Shown here piece after piece: positions 1-10,237 of a stretch of 64,000 nucleotides of DNA. Numbering within the stretch: position 1 is the first letter of the stretch; each line of letters begins with the position of its first letter. The position numbers and the translations under genes were made by a program. The notes below the pieces were generated by a model. It was given only the letters and a program-made list of their open reading frames with translations. It ran no database searches and was not told where the DNA came from. Source of the stretch: a virus (Duplodnaviria > Heunggongvirae > Uroviricota > Caudoviricetes). The stretch lies in the IMG/VR virus record IMGVR_UViG_3300020036_001703. The stretch is one strand, 5' to 3'.

Positions 1-214
1 TTAATTAGAGATCATTTTCATAAAGGTCTTACATTAACAGAAGAGGATGTGACTCTTCATTTTCTTAGAACTCCCAAGATTGCAGGATCGGTTATTTCTG
101 AAGGTAGGATTGTTATTCCTATTTTAATTTCTGTAATGTCAGAGGTGTACTCTTAAAACAAGGTTACTTGTCCTTAACAAGTTTACTTATGTAATTTTAT
201 AATGGAGAAATAAT

Positions 215-1426
215 ATGGCTGTAGCAAAGGGTGTATCTAAAAAGGTTGCCTATAAGAAAGAAGGTAGTGGTTGGGGTACTATTGCAGGTGCTTCCGGTGC
301 TAAATATATTCGTCGTGTAACGTCGAACTTTAACCTTGTGAAAGACACTTACGAATCTGCTGAAATTCGTACTGACTTCCAGACTGCTGACATGCGTCAT
401 GGTATTCGTAGTGTTAATGGTACTATCAATGGTGAACTTTCACCTGGATCTTACTCAGATTTCATGCAATCTGTTCTAGCTCGTGATTTCACAGCAGTAA
501 CTGCAATTACAGGTCTTTCGGTTACTATTGCAACCTCGGGTGCTTTGTTTACCATTACTCGTAGTGCAGGTTCATGGTTAATTGATGGTATTATGGTTGG
601 TATGGTTCTTCGTTTGACTGGTGCTGGTCTTAACGTAGCTAACCAATCTAATAACTTCCTTGTTGCTTCTATGACAGCAACAGTTCTTACAGTTAAGGTA
701 TTGTCTTCAACAGCTTTTGTTGCTGAAGGTCCAATCGCTACTGTAACTGCAACAGTTCAGGGTAAGGTTACTTATGTTCCTCAATCTGGACATACTGATG
801 ATTCTTATACTGTTGAAGAATGGTATTCTGACATTGCTCAATCTGAAGTTTATACTGGTCTTAAAGTTGGTACAATGAATGTCCAGCTTCCTGCTACTGG
901 TCTTGTTACTACTGACTTTACTTTCCTTGGTAAGAATCTGGAACAAACTGGAACTTCACAATATTACACAACTCCAACTGTTGCTGGTACTAATGGTATT
1001 TTTGCTGCGGTTCAGGGTGTAATGCTTGTTGGTGGTGTTCCTGTTGCTCTGATTACTTCAATGGACTTTTCTGTTGAACGTGGTCTTGAATCAGCTAACG
1101 TTGTAGGTAGTAACTTTGCTGCTGACGTGTTCACTGGTCGTATCAAGGTTACTGGTAACTTCAGCACATACTTCCAAGATGGTACATATCGTGATTACTT
1201 CAATGCTGAAACTCCAATTTCACTTGTAGTAGCTCTTACCACTGATAGTACAAAGACAGGTAGTGTTCTTTCTTTCGTACTTCCTCGTGTTAAGATCGGT
1301 TCTGCTGATAAACAAGATGCTGAACTTGGTATTGTTCAACAACACAATTTTGTTGCATTACTTAATTCTGACACAAGTGCTGGACTTGTGAATAGTACAA
1401 TTCTTGTAAACGATACAACAATCTAA
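215..1426 (+). CDS. major tail (tube) protein, putative
   Basis: 403-aa ORF with RBS GGAG 8 nt upstream; immediately precedes the chaperone pair and tape measure (canonical siphovirus order); Thr/Val/Gly-rich beta-type sequence; intrinsic terminator directly downstream. Confidence 0.55.
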   Translation: MAVAKGVSKKVAYKKEGSGWGTIAGASGAKYIRRVTSNFNLVKDTYESAEIRTDFQTADMRHGIRSVNGTINGELSPGSYSDFMQSVLARDFTAVTAITGLSVTIATSGALFTITRSAGSWLIDGIMVGMVLRLTGAGLNVANQSNNFLVASMTATVLTVKVLSSTAFVAEGPIATVTATVQGKVTYVPQSGHTDDSYTVEEWYSDIAQSEVYTGLKVGTMNVQLPATGLVTTDFTFLGKNLEQTGTSQYYTTPTVAGTNGIFAAVQGVMLVGGVPVALITSMDFSVERGLESANVVGSNFAADVFTGRIKVTGNFSTYFQDGTYRDYFNAETPISLVVALTTDSTKTGSVLSFVLPRVKIGSADKQDAELGIVQQHNFVALLNSDTSAGLVNSTILVNDTTI

Positions 1427-1433
1427 TAATTAA

Positions 1434-1467
1434 CCTCCCTTGGCTAAAAACCTTGGGAGGTTTTTTA
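1434..1467 (+). terminator. rho-independent terminator after tail tube gene
   Basis: CCTCCC...GGGAGG stem followed by TTTTTTA. Confidence 0.6.
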
Positions 1468-1580
1468 TTGGTTAAAAATTATTCCAGAATCATTGACTTT
1501 GTATATTTCCTATGGCATAATTACAAATATGGACAGGTAATAAATTATTACCTTTTATTAACGTTTAAAAGGAGAACTAC

Positions 1581-1979
1581 ATGGGTTTTGATCTTAATAA
1601 GAAGAATCTTTCTGAAATTGCTGAAGTTGGATATGAATTCGAACTTCGTCTTCCAGGGTCTAATGAAAAGACTGGTGCTTTCATTAAGGTTCGTGGTGAT
1701 CAGTCTAAGGTTGTAAAAGCTTATATTCGTAAGAAGTTTGACGAAATCAATGTTCGAAATAATAGTAAGCGTAAGGGTAATGATGTTACTCTGGAAGAAG
1801 CTGAAGAAATGGCAGTTGAATCTGCTGTTGTTCGAATTATTGACTGGAAGGGTATTGAAGAAGATGGTAAGGCAGTTCCTTTCTCAAAGGAAAATGCTAC
1901 TCGCATTCTTTCTGAACATTCTTGGATTCGTGAACAGATTCAGGAGGAAGCTTCACAGCAATTAAACTTTCTTGGATGA
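1581..1979 (+). CDS. tail assembly chaperone (G-like)
   Basis: 132-aa acidic ORF between major tail protein and tape measure; RBS AAAGGAG. Confidence 0.5.
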   Translation: MGFDLNKKNLSEIAEVGYEFELRLPGSNEKTGAFIKVRGDQSKVVKAYIRKKFDEINVRNNSKRKGNDVTLEEAEEMAVESAVVRIIDWKGIEEDGKAVPFSKENATRILSEHSWIREQIQEEASQQLNFLG

Positions 1980-2370
1980 GGATTTAGAAAAAGCAATTGA
2001 GTTTGCTAAATATGAATTTTCAATGCAAGAAATACAACAGGATGGTAAAACACTGAGAGAACATTTGAAGAAGGTTTCTGAACAAGTAACCTCTTCATGG
2101 TTTGATAACACTTCTACTCCAAAAGAATTAGAAGAAGTTCCAGTTTTACCAACTGTGTTTGATTACTGTTGGCATGATTTTCTTCAATTGCATAACGCAA
2201 GACAAGCAGGTTTTTCATTAAATTCATTGTCGTATACTGAAATTAAAAACTATTTTGATTTAATGAGTGTTAAACCTGAACCTTGGCATGTGTCTATTAT
2301 TAAACTATTTGATAATTTATTCATGCAGGAATATTCTAGACAAGAAGAAAAGAAAAAGACTAAGAAATAA
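1972..2370 (+). CDS. tail assembly chaperone, overlapping second ORF (GT-like partner?)
   Basis: 132-aa ORF in the +1 frame overlapping the stop of the preceding ORF; no convincing ATG or RBS (the track start is TTG at 1972); position is analogous to lambda G/GT. Confidence 0.4.
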   Translation: MDEDLEKAIEFAKYEFSMQEIQQDGKTLREHLKKVSEQVTSSWFDNTSTPKELEEVPVLPTVFDYCWHDFLQLHNARQAGFSLNSLSYTEIKNYFDLMSVKPEPWHVSIIKLFDNLFMQEYSRQEEKKKTKK

Positions 2371-2473
2371 CTCAGATCCGGTGTAGAAATATATCGGATC
2401 TTTTTGCGTTTGATTGGATTATTCCTTTAGGGAATAAATATATTCTCTAAATGAATAACCTAAGGATAATAAT

Positions 2474-5400
2474 ATGACTCTAGAATTACAAAGTATTGGA
2501 TTCAAAGCAGAGACTGGAGAATTGCTTAAAGTTATTAAAGCAATGGAAGATATTGGGTCTTCTGCTGAAGCTGCATCTAAAAAAGTTGTATCTTCATTCT
2601 CGGATATTAAAAAGGGAGTTGACTCTTTATCAAATGAAAAAGTTGATGTAGGTATTGATGACAATGCAATCAACAAAGCTAAAGCCTATGTAGACCAGCT
2701 TAATAAGGCCGTAGAGGCTGTAACGAAGATGCCTAAGGGGGTAGGTAACCCTATTCAATCTGTAAGCCCTGTAGGTGATTCTGGAGCCTCTGGTGAGGCT
2801 AAGAAGTCTGTAGACTATACTGAAAGGCTGGTCTTAGCTACTAAGATGTTACGAGGCGAGTCAATTGCACTTGCTGATGGTTTAAAGATTCTTACAGATG
2901 GTTTTAGTAAATCTCAAGCTGCAGCCTTGGCTAATTTAATTCTGATGGGTAAATCTGTCGATGAGATTAATAAGGCTAAAGGGGCCTTTGAGGATCTTAA
3001 CAGAATGTCTGGTGTAAACACTTTTGATAAAAGTACATCTGGTGCATACAGATTAAAGAAACAAGTTGAAGAACTTATTCTTGTTAAGAAGCTAGAGGCT
3101 GAAGTTACTGATCTCAATCGTAAAGAAATTATTGACTACGCCCGTGATCTTGAGCGTGTAAATCAACAAGAGAGAGATGGTGTTATTACTGCTAAACAAG
3201 CATTAGTAGATAGAACAAAATTAGCTGAGACTTATAAATCAAATGCTTCTATTCTTAGAAAAATTGAAGCTGAATCCATTGCTAACGAATCAGCAGCTAA
3301 GACTAGAGGTAATACAGAGATCAGGAGAGCTAAGGAATTAGCAACTGCACAGGCTTATGTTTATGGAACTCTTGAAAAATTAAATTACCAAGTATCTCTT
3401 GTTGAAGAAGGTATGGGTAAAGGTGCAACTAATGCAGCTTTCCGTTTTGAACAAAGTTTGAAGAAACTTGGATTATCTGTATCTGAACAAGAAAGATTAC
3501 TTAAGCAATTTGGTGATGCTCAAACTACTTTAGCTGTAAAGCAGAATAAAGATAAAATGGATTATGTAGCAAGAGCAGTTGCACCTCAGATTACCGACAT
3601 TGTAGTTGGTCTGAGTACTGGACAATCTCCAATGACTGTCATGTTACAACAAGGTGGTCAATTGCGCGACATGTTTGGACAAATGGGTGTGGCTTCGCAA
3701 GACATGTCTAAAGTCATGCGTGAAAGTATGGTTCAAATGGCTGGAAGTGTAAAAGGTACTCTTCTTGGTATGTTTGGGCTGTTTCAGGGTTTCTTTATTG
3801 ACATGACAAAGGGTGCTGGAGCATCTGTAGGTAGGCTGGCAACAGATATGACCAAATCCTTTATTGGGTTTACTCAGGGTGCAAAAGCTGCGGAGAATTT
3901 TAAAAACAGTATTGAGGGTGCATCATCTGCAATGGGTCCAGTTGTACCGGGAGTTAACAAAATCTCTGCTGCTTTTACAGGCTTATTTGCTACTGGTCTT
4001 GCAGCGGCTGCTTCTTCTCTTATCTTAATTGCAATATCAATGAAAGATGTACTTTCACTGTCATCTGATTTGTCAAAAGCAATTAATACTACAGGTGCCT
4101 CTCTTGGTATGTCAACAGGTGCAGCTATTCAGTTTAGTAAGTCAATTGATGGTCTTAGTCAGACTCGTGGAATTGAAGTTCTCACTGAAATGGCCAAACA
4201 AGGTGGATTTACTAGAGAGCAGTTTGCTTTATCTGCAAAGGCAATTAGTGAGTACAGTAAGACTACTGGTACTTCCCTTTCTGATACTGTAAAAATGTTC
4301 AAGGAGCTTGAAAAAGATCCTGTCCAAGCTCTATATAAACTTAATTCTGCTATGGGAACAATTCCTTTGGCTGCTATTGCTCAAGTGAATGCTTTAAGAG
4401 AAGCTGGTAAAGCATATGAAGCAAACCTTCTGTCAACAGAGTTGCTTGCCAAGGGGCAAAGAGAAGTTGCAGACACAATCAAAAAGGAATGGGATGTTAT
4501 TGACAAGATTTGGGATAAGGCTAAAACGACTTGGGGAGAACTGAAGTCTGCACTTAACTCAGCGTTGATGCCTTCTGGAACAGACTCTTTTAAGGATTTA
4601 GAAAGAGCTACTGCAAATTTGAAAGATAGGCAGAGCGATTCGAAGAGATTCCCTAATAGTACAATGTACAAAAATGAAGTCATTAAGGCTGAACAAGATG
4701 TGCTGCGTGCTGTCACTAAGATTCGGGATGAGGCTGTTAAGAAAGAGCAGGAAAGAGAGCGTACACTATCTTCAGACTTAATTGCAAGGGGTCTTGCTGA
4801 AGTTCAAAGACAGAAGGACGTTACAAGAGCTAAAAGAGAAGAAACAATGTCTTTTGACGAGTTTTTCAAGGGTAGGATTGAAAAACAGTATGGTTTAGAA
4901 CTCAGCAGAATTCAGGCATTACCGGATGTGTATGCTCAAGCTATGCAACTTAAAGCAGGATATCTGATTGAATACGAGAAGATTCGTAAAAAGATAACTA
5001 AGGATGAAGGTTCTGAATCTTCTGACAAAGTTAAGACTCTTAAATCAGAGTTTGATGCTCAGTATCAGGTTCTTGATAAAGAATTACAAGCTCAATTAGA
5101 TCTGAATAAGAAATATCATGAAGCAGGTATTCTGAATGATCAGCAATATTTTGAAAATCAGAATATTCTATTATCTGAATATAACACTGAAAGAATCTTA
5201 TTAATTGCAGAATATTCAAAGAAAGCTTCTGCTGTTGGTTCTAAGAATGATGGTTTCCTTCAACAATTAGAAAAACAAAAGAACCTTCTTGGTGTAGATG
5301 CACTTAAAAATTATGGTTCTCAAATTGCTGAATCTACTAAGGCTTTAGATAGTTTTTACGAAAGTTTAAATAAAGTCTTCTTAGAAAATAAATTAATTGA

Positions 5401-8176
5401 AGATCAAATGAAGGGTCAATCTGATCTGAGAATTTCTATGATTGGTATGACACCAGATCAAGCTGCAGGTGCTAAAGCTCGGTTTGATATGCTTGAGAAA
5501 TTAAAGAACAAGCAAGGGGAATTAGATCAGAAATTTAAGGACGCCAAAAAGACTTATGAAGCTGCTGGTGTAGCTCGTTCTAAGGGAATGTTAGATCCTG
5601 CTGTTTCTAGTGATGCTCAGGCTCAACTTAATAAGACATATGAAGATGCTAAGGGTGTGTATGATAGAGCTTCCGAAGCTGTAAATCAACTTAATTCTCA
5701 ACAAGAGAGATTAGTTAAACTTGCTGGTGATACTGCACCAATTGATGCTCATATTGCTAAATTCCAAGAATTATCAAATACTGTAAATAGTATTAATCTT
5801 GGTCAAACTTTAGCATCGGGTTTTGATTCTGCTAGTAACTCTGTTGCTGGTTTAATTAACATGGTTGGAAAGCTTACTCAATCATATGAAGATTATCAGG
5901 CTGCTAAAGTTGGTAAGGATGAAAAAACTAAGCAGAAGCTTGATCTCCAATACGGTAAGAATATGGTTCATACTCTTGGTAATATGGCAGGTGCTGCTAA
6001 GGATTACTTTGCTGAACATACGGCTGGCCATAAAGTATTAAGTGCTTTCGAAGGTATTTTCAAAACAATGCAAATGGCTGAAGCTGCATATACTATTGCT
6101 AGTACTGCTGCCAGTGCTATTCGAGCTGCTGCTGCTGGTGTAGAAGCTCTTGCTGTATCTCTTACTGGTGCTCCACCACCCATTTCGTTTGGTATGTTTG
6201 CTGCGACTGCAGCATTACTTGCTGGTATTGGGATTATGGTTGCAGGTGCCGGTTCAGGTGGAGGTTCATTTGCAGCGACTAACACTGGTACCGGTACAGT
6301 AAAGGGTGATCCTACGGCTCAATCTGAATCTATTAAAAACAGCCTTGAAGAGTTAAATAAGATCGACACAATGACAATGAAGTATTCTGCAAAGATGCTT
6401 GTTGCGTTGAATCAGATTGAATACAATACTTCAGGATTGGCTGACTTGTTAGTGAGTTCTGGAATGATTCAGACTAATGCTAGTTCTGCTGGTATTCAGA
6501 CTGGGTTTAAGAGGGATGCTATCGGCAGTGCTTTTTCTGGGACTTATGGTGTTTATGCTAATCTCCAAAAATCTATTCCTTTTATTGGTAGTACACTTAG
6601 CGGCCTCACAAATGCTGTAGGTAACTTTATTGGTAACCTGTTTGGAACTAAAACAAGTATTCAAGGTCAAGGGTTTAACATTGGTTCTCAAGGTCTTGGT
6701 AATATCTTGAATGGTGGATTATCTGCCCAATACTATACTGATGTCGAAAAGAAAGAAAAATTTCTTGGTGTTACTACAAGTACTTCCAGAAAAACTTACT
6801 ATTCCGAAACCGACAAGTTGTTCAAGGATCAGATTAGCTTAATCTTTACAGGATTTGCTGATAGTATTAAAGCTGCTTCTCCTTTACTTGGAACTTCACT
6901 CCAATCTGTTACTGACAAGCTTAATAAATTTGTTGTAAACATTGGTAGAGTTGAAACTTCAGGTCTTTCACAAGAAGACTTGCAGAAGAGACTTAGTGCT
7001 GTATTTAGTGCATTGGGTGATAACATGGCTTCTGCCATTCTTCCTGGGTTTGAGAAATTCCAGAAAGTTGGTGAAGGTTATTACCAGACTATTGTAAGAG
7101 TAGCAACTGGTATAGAAGAGTCTAAGAACTTACTGGATAACTTCGGTATTGCAGTTATTGACGTTAACTCTGTTTTGAACAAACAAGGTGAAGTTGCTGC
7201 CGAAATTGTAAGAGACAGTATCCTTGCTGGTAGACCATTACAAGGTATTGCAGATATTATTGCTGCAATCTCAGGATCAGCAAGCGATATTGCACAAGCA
7301 TATTCTGCTTTAGTCGATGTTCGAGATATCCTTATCTCGATGGGTGTAAGTGCAAGTGCAACAACGAGTTCGTTACTTGCAGGCGCTGGCGGATTATCTA
7401 ATCTTCAGGATTCATTGTCAAGTTATCAAGAAAACTTCATGACTGAAAGTGAAAGACTCGCTGCAAAAACAGCTAAGTTACAAACTCAGTTTAGTGTTCT
7501 TGGTTTGCAAATGCCAACAACTGCACAAGGTTTCGTAGCGCTAGTAAAAGGTATTGATACATCAACTGAATCAGGTCAGAAATTACTTGGTAGAGTTCTC
7601 GGGTTATCGGAAGGTTTCTCGGAAATTACTACTTCGATTGATGATGCTGCGCAAGCAACAACTGATTTCATGAAGAGTATTCTTGATTACGTTAATCAAT
7701 TAGATGTTTCTAGCTCTAATGTAGCAGGTAATTTTGCGCAAGCTAAGGCTCTGTTTGCTGAACAATTCAATTTAGCTAAAGGTGGAGATTCTTCTGCTAG
7801 AGGTAACATTACTTCATACGCAGACAAGCTTCTTGAAGCTGCAAAGAATCAAGCGTCTTCCGCTGTTGAGTATCAAACTATTCTTGCAAGTGTAAAATCT
7901 GAATTACTTGGATTAACTACAGGAGTTTATTCTAATACAGTATTGACTTCCGATATTAATAGTTTACAATCTAGTAATAGTGTTTCTACTGCAACTCAAA
8001 TTGCAGACCAAGCTGAAACTACTCAGGAATTACTTACTGATATCCTTTCCAAGCTTACAGAAATGCAAGCTGAAGATAGGGCAGAAGGCCAGTCAAGTAT
8101 TACTAAACTTAGTACTATCGAAAAGATCTTTAAACGAATTGACAATGATGATTCTATCAGAGTTACTTCAGTTTAA
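2474..8176 (+). CDS. tail tape measure protein
   Basis: 1900-aa ORF; long alanine/glutamine-rich coiled-coil stretches; hydrophobic glycine-rich central segments; position after the chaperones. Confidence 0.85.
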   Translation: MTLELQSIGFKAETGELLKVIKAMEDIGSSAEAASKKVVSSFSDIKKGVDSLSNEKVDVGIDDNAINKAKAYVDQLNKAVEAVTKMPKGVGNPIQSVSPVGDSGASGEAKKSVDYTERLVLATKMLRGESIALADGLKILTDGFSKSQAAALANLILMGKSVDEINKAKGAFEDLNRMSGVNTFDKSTSGAYRLKKQVEELILVKKLEAEVTDLNRKEIIDYARDLERVNQQERDGVITAKQALVDRTKLAETYKSNASILRKIEAESIANESAAKTRGNTEIRRAKELATAQAYVYGTLEKLNYQVSLVEEGMGKGATNAAFRFEQSLKKLGLSVSEQERLLKQFGDAQTTLAVKQNKDKMDYVARAVAPQITDIVVGLSTGQSPMTVMLQQGGQLRDMFGQMGVASQDMSKVMRESMVQMAGSVKGTLLGMFGLFQGFFIDMTKGAGASVGRLATDMTKSFIGFTQGAKAAENFKNSIEGASSAMGPVVPGVNKISAAFTGLFATGLAAAASSLILIAISMKDVLSLSSDLSKAINTTGASLGMSTGAAIQFSKSIDGLSQTRGIEVLTEMAKQGGFTREQFALSAKAISEYSKTTGTSLSDTVKMFKELEKDPVQALYKLNSAMGTIPLAAIAQVNALREAGKAYEANLLSTELLAKGQREVADTIKKEWDVIDKIWDKAKTTWGELKSALNSALMPSGTDSFKDLERATANLKDRQSDSKRFPNSTMYKNEVIKAEQDVLRAVTKIRDEAVKKEQERERTLSSDLIARGLAEVQRQKDVTRAKREETMSFDEFFKGRIEKQYGLELSRIQALPDVYAQAMQLKAGYLIEYEKIRKKITKDEGSESSDKVKTLKSEFDAQYQVLDKELQAQLDLNKKYHEAGILNDQQYFENQNILLSEYNTERILLIAEYSKKASAVGSKNDGFLQQLEKQKNLLGVDALKNYGSQIAESTKALDSFYESLNKVFLENKLIEDQMKGQSDLRISMIGMTPDQAAGAKARFDMLEKLKNKQGELDQKFKDAKKTYEAAGVARSKGMLDPAVSSDAQAQLNKTYEDAKGVYDRASEAVNQLNSQQERLVKLAGDTAPIDAHIAKFQELSNTVNSINLGQTLASGFDSASNSVAGLINMVGKLTQSYEDYQAAKVGKDEKTKQKLDLQYGKNMVHTLGNMAGAAKDYFAEHTAGHKVLSAFEGIFKTMQMAEAAYTIASTAASAIRAAAAGVEALAVSLTGAPPPISFGMFAATAALLAGIGIMVAGAGSGGGSFAATNTGTGTVKGDPTAQSESIKNSLEELNKIDTMTMKYSAKMLVALNQIEYNTSGLADLLVSSGMIQTNASSAGIQTGFKRDAIGSAFSGTYGVYANLQKSIPFIGSTLSGLTNAVGNFIGNLFGTKTSIQGQGFNIGSQGLGNILNGGLSAQYYTDVEKKEKFLGVTTSTSRKTYYSETDKLFKDQISLIFTGFADSIKAASPLLGTSLQSVTDKLNKFVVNIGRVETSGLSQEDLQKRLSAVFSALGDNMASAILPGFEKFQKVGEGYYQTIVRVATGIEESKNLLDNFGIAVIDVNSVLNKQGEVAAEIVRDSILAGRPLQGIADIIAAISGSASDIAQAYSALVDVRDILISMGVSASATTSSLLAGAGGLSNLQDSLSSYQENFMTESERLAAKTAKLQTQFSVLGLQMPTTAQGFVALVKGIDTSTESGQKLLGRVLGLSEGFSEITTSIDDAAQATTDFMKSILDYVNQLDVSSSNVAGNFAQAKALFAEQFNLAKGGDSSARGNITSYADKLLEAAKNQASSAVEYQTILASVKSELLGLTTGVYSNTVLTSDINSLQSSNSVSTATQIADQAETTQELLTDILSKLTEMQAEDRAEGQSSITKLSTIEKIFKRIDNDDSIRVTSV

Positions 8177-8221
8177 TTCAAAAGGGAGGGTAATTCCTCC
8201 CTTTATTTATGGAGAAGAATA

Positions 8222-9148
8222 ATGACATCACCATTTATGGTAATTGTTCCTAAAGATATTACTGATTCAAATTTAGTTAGTTCAACGATTACTGAAACTG
8301 GATCAGAAGCTGCTCAAGGAATTTGGAATTCTGCAACAAGTTATAATTTAAATGATGTAGTTATTGTAACAACAGGTGTTCATCGAAAGTATAAAGCACT
8401 TACTGGTTCATCAAATTTAAATAAATATCCGCCAACAAATCCAACATATTGGGTAGATATTGGCCCAACTAATAAGTTTGCAATGTTTGACCAAACTGGT
8501 GGAACGGTTACCTCAAGTTCATCTGGAACATTAGAGTTTGTATTTACTGCAGACAGAATTAACTCAATGGGGTTTCTAGATGTGAATGCATCTACTATTC
8601 GTATCAGAGCTAATGATGGAGTTTCTACTTATTTTGATGAAACTTTTAATTTACCTGATAGAGCTATTATTCAGAATTGGTATGACTATTTTTATACTGA
8701 TTCATTCAGAACTACCGAGTTAATTGTTAGAGATATTCCTGCTATTACTGGTAGTACCTATACAATTACAATTACTAATACAGCAGCTAATGTAAGTATT
8801 GGTACTTTTGTTTATGGGAACTTTACAGAAATTGGTAATACTCAATATGGTGCAAACGTAGGAATTGTTGACTATTCTAAAAAATCAGTAGATGAATTTG
8901 GAATTGCAACATTAGTAAAACGAACATTCAGTAAGAAAGTTGACGTAAGAGTTTATGTTGAAAACTCATCTGTAGATGCTGTTTGTTCAAAATTAAATTC
9001 ACTCAGAGCTACTAATTGCTTATGGTCTGGATCTACTGGAGTTTATGAATCATTGACTGTTTTTGGATTCTATAAAGACTATTCAATTGATATTTCATAT
9101 CCAACATATAGTATTCTTTCAATTCAGGTTGAAGGTTTAACAGAATAA
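8222..9148 (+). CDS. distal tail protein, putative
   Basis: 308-aa ORF immediately after the tape measure; beta-rich composition. Confidence 0.4.
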   Translation: MTSPFMVIVPKDITDSNLVSSTITETGSEAAQGIWNSATSYNLNDVVIVTTGVHRKYKALTGSSNLNKYPPTNPTYWVDIGPTNKFAMFDQTGGTVTSSSSGTLEFVFTADRINSMGFLDVNASTIRIRANDGVSTYFDETFNLPDRAIIQNWYDYFYTDSFRTTELIVRDIPAITGSTYTITITNTAANVSIGTFVYGNFTEIGNTQYGANVGIVDYSKKSVDEFGIATLVKRTFSKKVDVRVYVENSSVDAVCSKLNSLRATNCLWSGSTGVYESLTVFGFYKDYSIDISYPTYSILSIQVEGLTE

Positions 9149-9160
9149 TAAAGGAAGACA

Positions 9161-10222
9161 ATGTTACCTATTTTACCAAATGCTCCTTCAAGAACAGATC
9201 CTACTAACTTCTCTGCGGAAGCTGATGCTTGGATCGCTGCTTTACCAGAATGGACAACTGCAGCTAATAATTTAGAACTATCTTTACAGGCTAATAATTT
9301 AATTGGTACAAGCACTACTAGTTTATCAGTTGGTACAGGTTCAAAAGGATTCACAACTCAAGCTGGAAAAGTTTGGTTAGTTGGTTCTTACTTATATATT
9401 GTTGCATCTACTGACATCACAAAAGTAATGCAAGGAAAAATTACATCATATAATTCATCAACAGGTGCTCTTGTTGTTGATGTAAATATTGCTTCTGGAA
9501 GTGGTACATTTTCAAGTTGGAATATTGGTTCATCAAATCCAGGGTTAGGTGGTACAGCAGATCAAGCTGTATCTGGTAATTTTGGTGTAGGGGGTTTACC
9601 TTTTACTTGGGATAGTGGTTTCAGATCTTTTGATATTGGGTCTAGCGGTTTTATAAGTAGTTGGGTAAGTGGTACTTCATCTACTTCATCAGGTGATAAT
9701 GCATATTACAATTCCAGTGCCTGGAAACGTAAAATTGCTGGAAGTGCCAGTATGGTAAATCAAAATACTGGTGCTGTTGAGATTTACACTGCTGCTAATT
9801 CAACAGCAGGATCTACTATTTCTTGGGTGTTTTCAGCAGTATTTGATTCATCGTCTAATCTGTTGATGCGAGCAGGCGGCGGTCTTGGATATGGTCCAGG
9901 GTCTGGTGATTCAAAAATTCAGTCCACTTCAAAATCCACTGGAGTGACCATCAACAAACCTTCTGGTCAAATCACAATGAATGCTGCTCCTTTAGCTGCA
10001 AATACATCTGTCACCTTCTTAGTTACTAATAGTTCAGTATTGGGTAATGATAATGTGATTGTGAATCTAAAAGGTGGTTATGCAACCTATGGAACTTATG
10101 ATGTGAAAGCTGAAGGAATTGTTGCTGGCAGCTTTGTTATTACATTAAAGAATATTTCTGGTGGATCTTTATCTGAAGCTGTGATTCTAAGTTATTCTAT
10201 CATTAGAGGTTCAACAACATAA
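9161..10222 (+). CDS. tail fibre / receptor-binding protein paralogue A
   Basis: 353 aa; N-terminal ~120 aa (MLPILPNAPSRTDPTNFSAEADAW...) shared with the next ORF; Ser/Thr/Gly-rich. Confidence 0.5.
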   Translation: MLPILPNAPSRTDPTNFSAEADAWIAALPEWTTAANNLELSLQANNLIGTSTTSLSVGTGSKGFTTQAGKVWLVGSYLYIVASTDITKVMQGKITSYNSSTGALVVDVNIASGSGTFSSWNIGSSNPGLGGTADQAVSGNFGVGGLPFTWDSGFRSFDIGSSGFISSWVSGTSSTSSGDNAYYNSSAWKRKIAGSASMVNQNTGAVEIYTAANSTAGSTISWVFSAVFDSSSNLLMRAGGGLGYGPGSGDSKIQSTSKSTGVTINKPSGQITMNAAPLAANTSVTFLVTNSSVLGNDNVIVNLKGGYATYGTYDVKAEGIVAGSFVITLKNISGGSLSEAVILSYSIIRGSTT

Positions 10223-10237
10223 TAAAGGATAATAAAT

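Noticed and set aside
197-400. 67-aa minus-strand ORF at the window start
   Set aside because: It overlaps the RBS and start of the major tail gene, and no other minus-strand genes lie nearby
707-946. Short antisense ORFs inside the tail tube and tape measure genes (for example 707..946, 2914..3117, 4047..4292, 4381..4716, 6004..6285)
   Set aside because: They are embedded antisense or alternate-frame in long, well-supported structural genes and have no start signals
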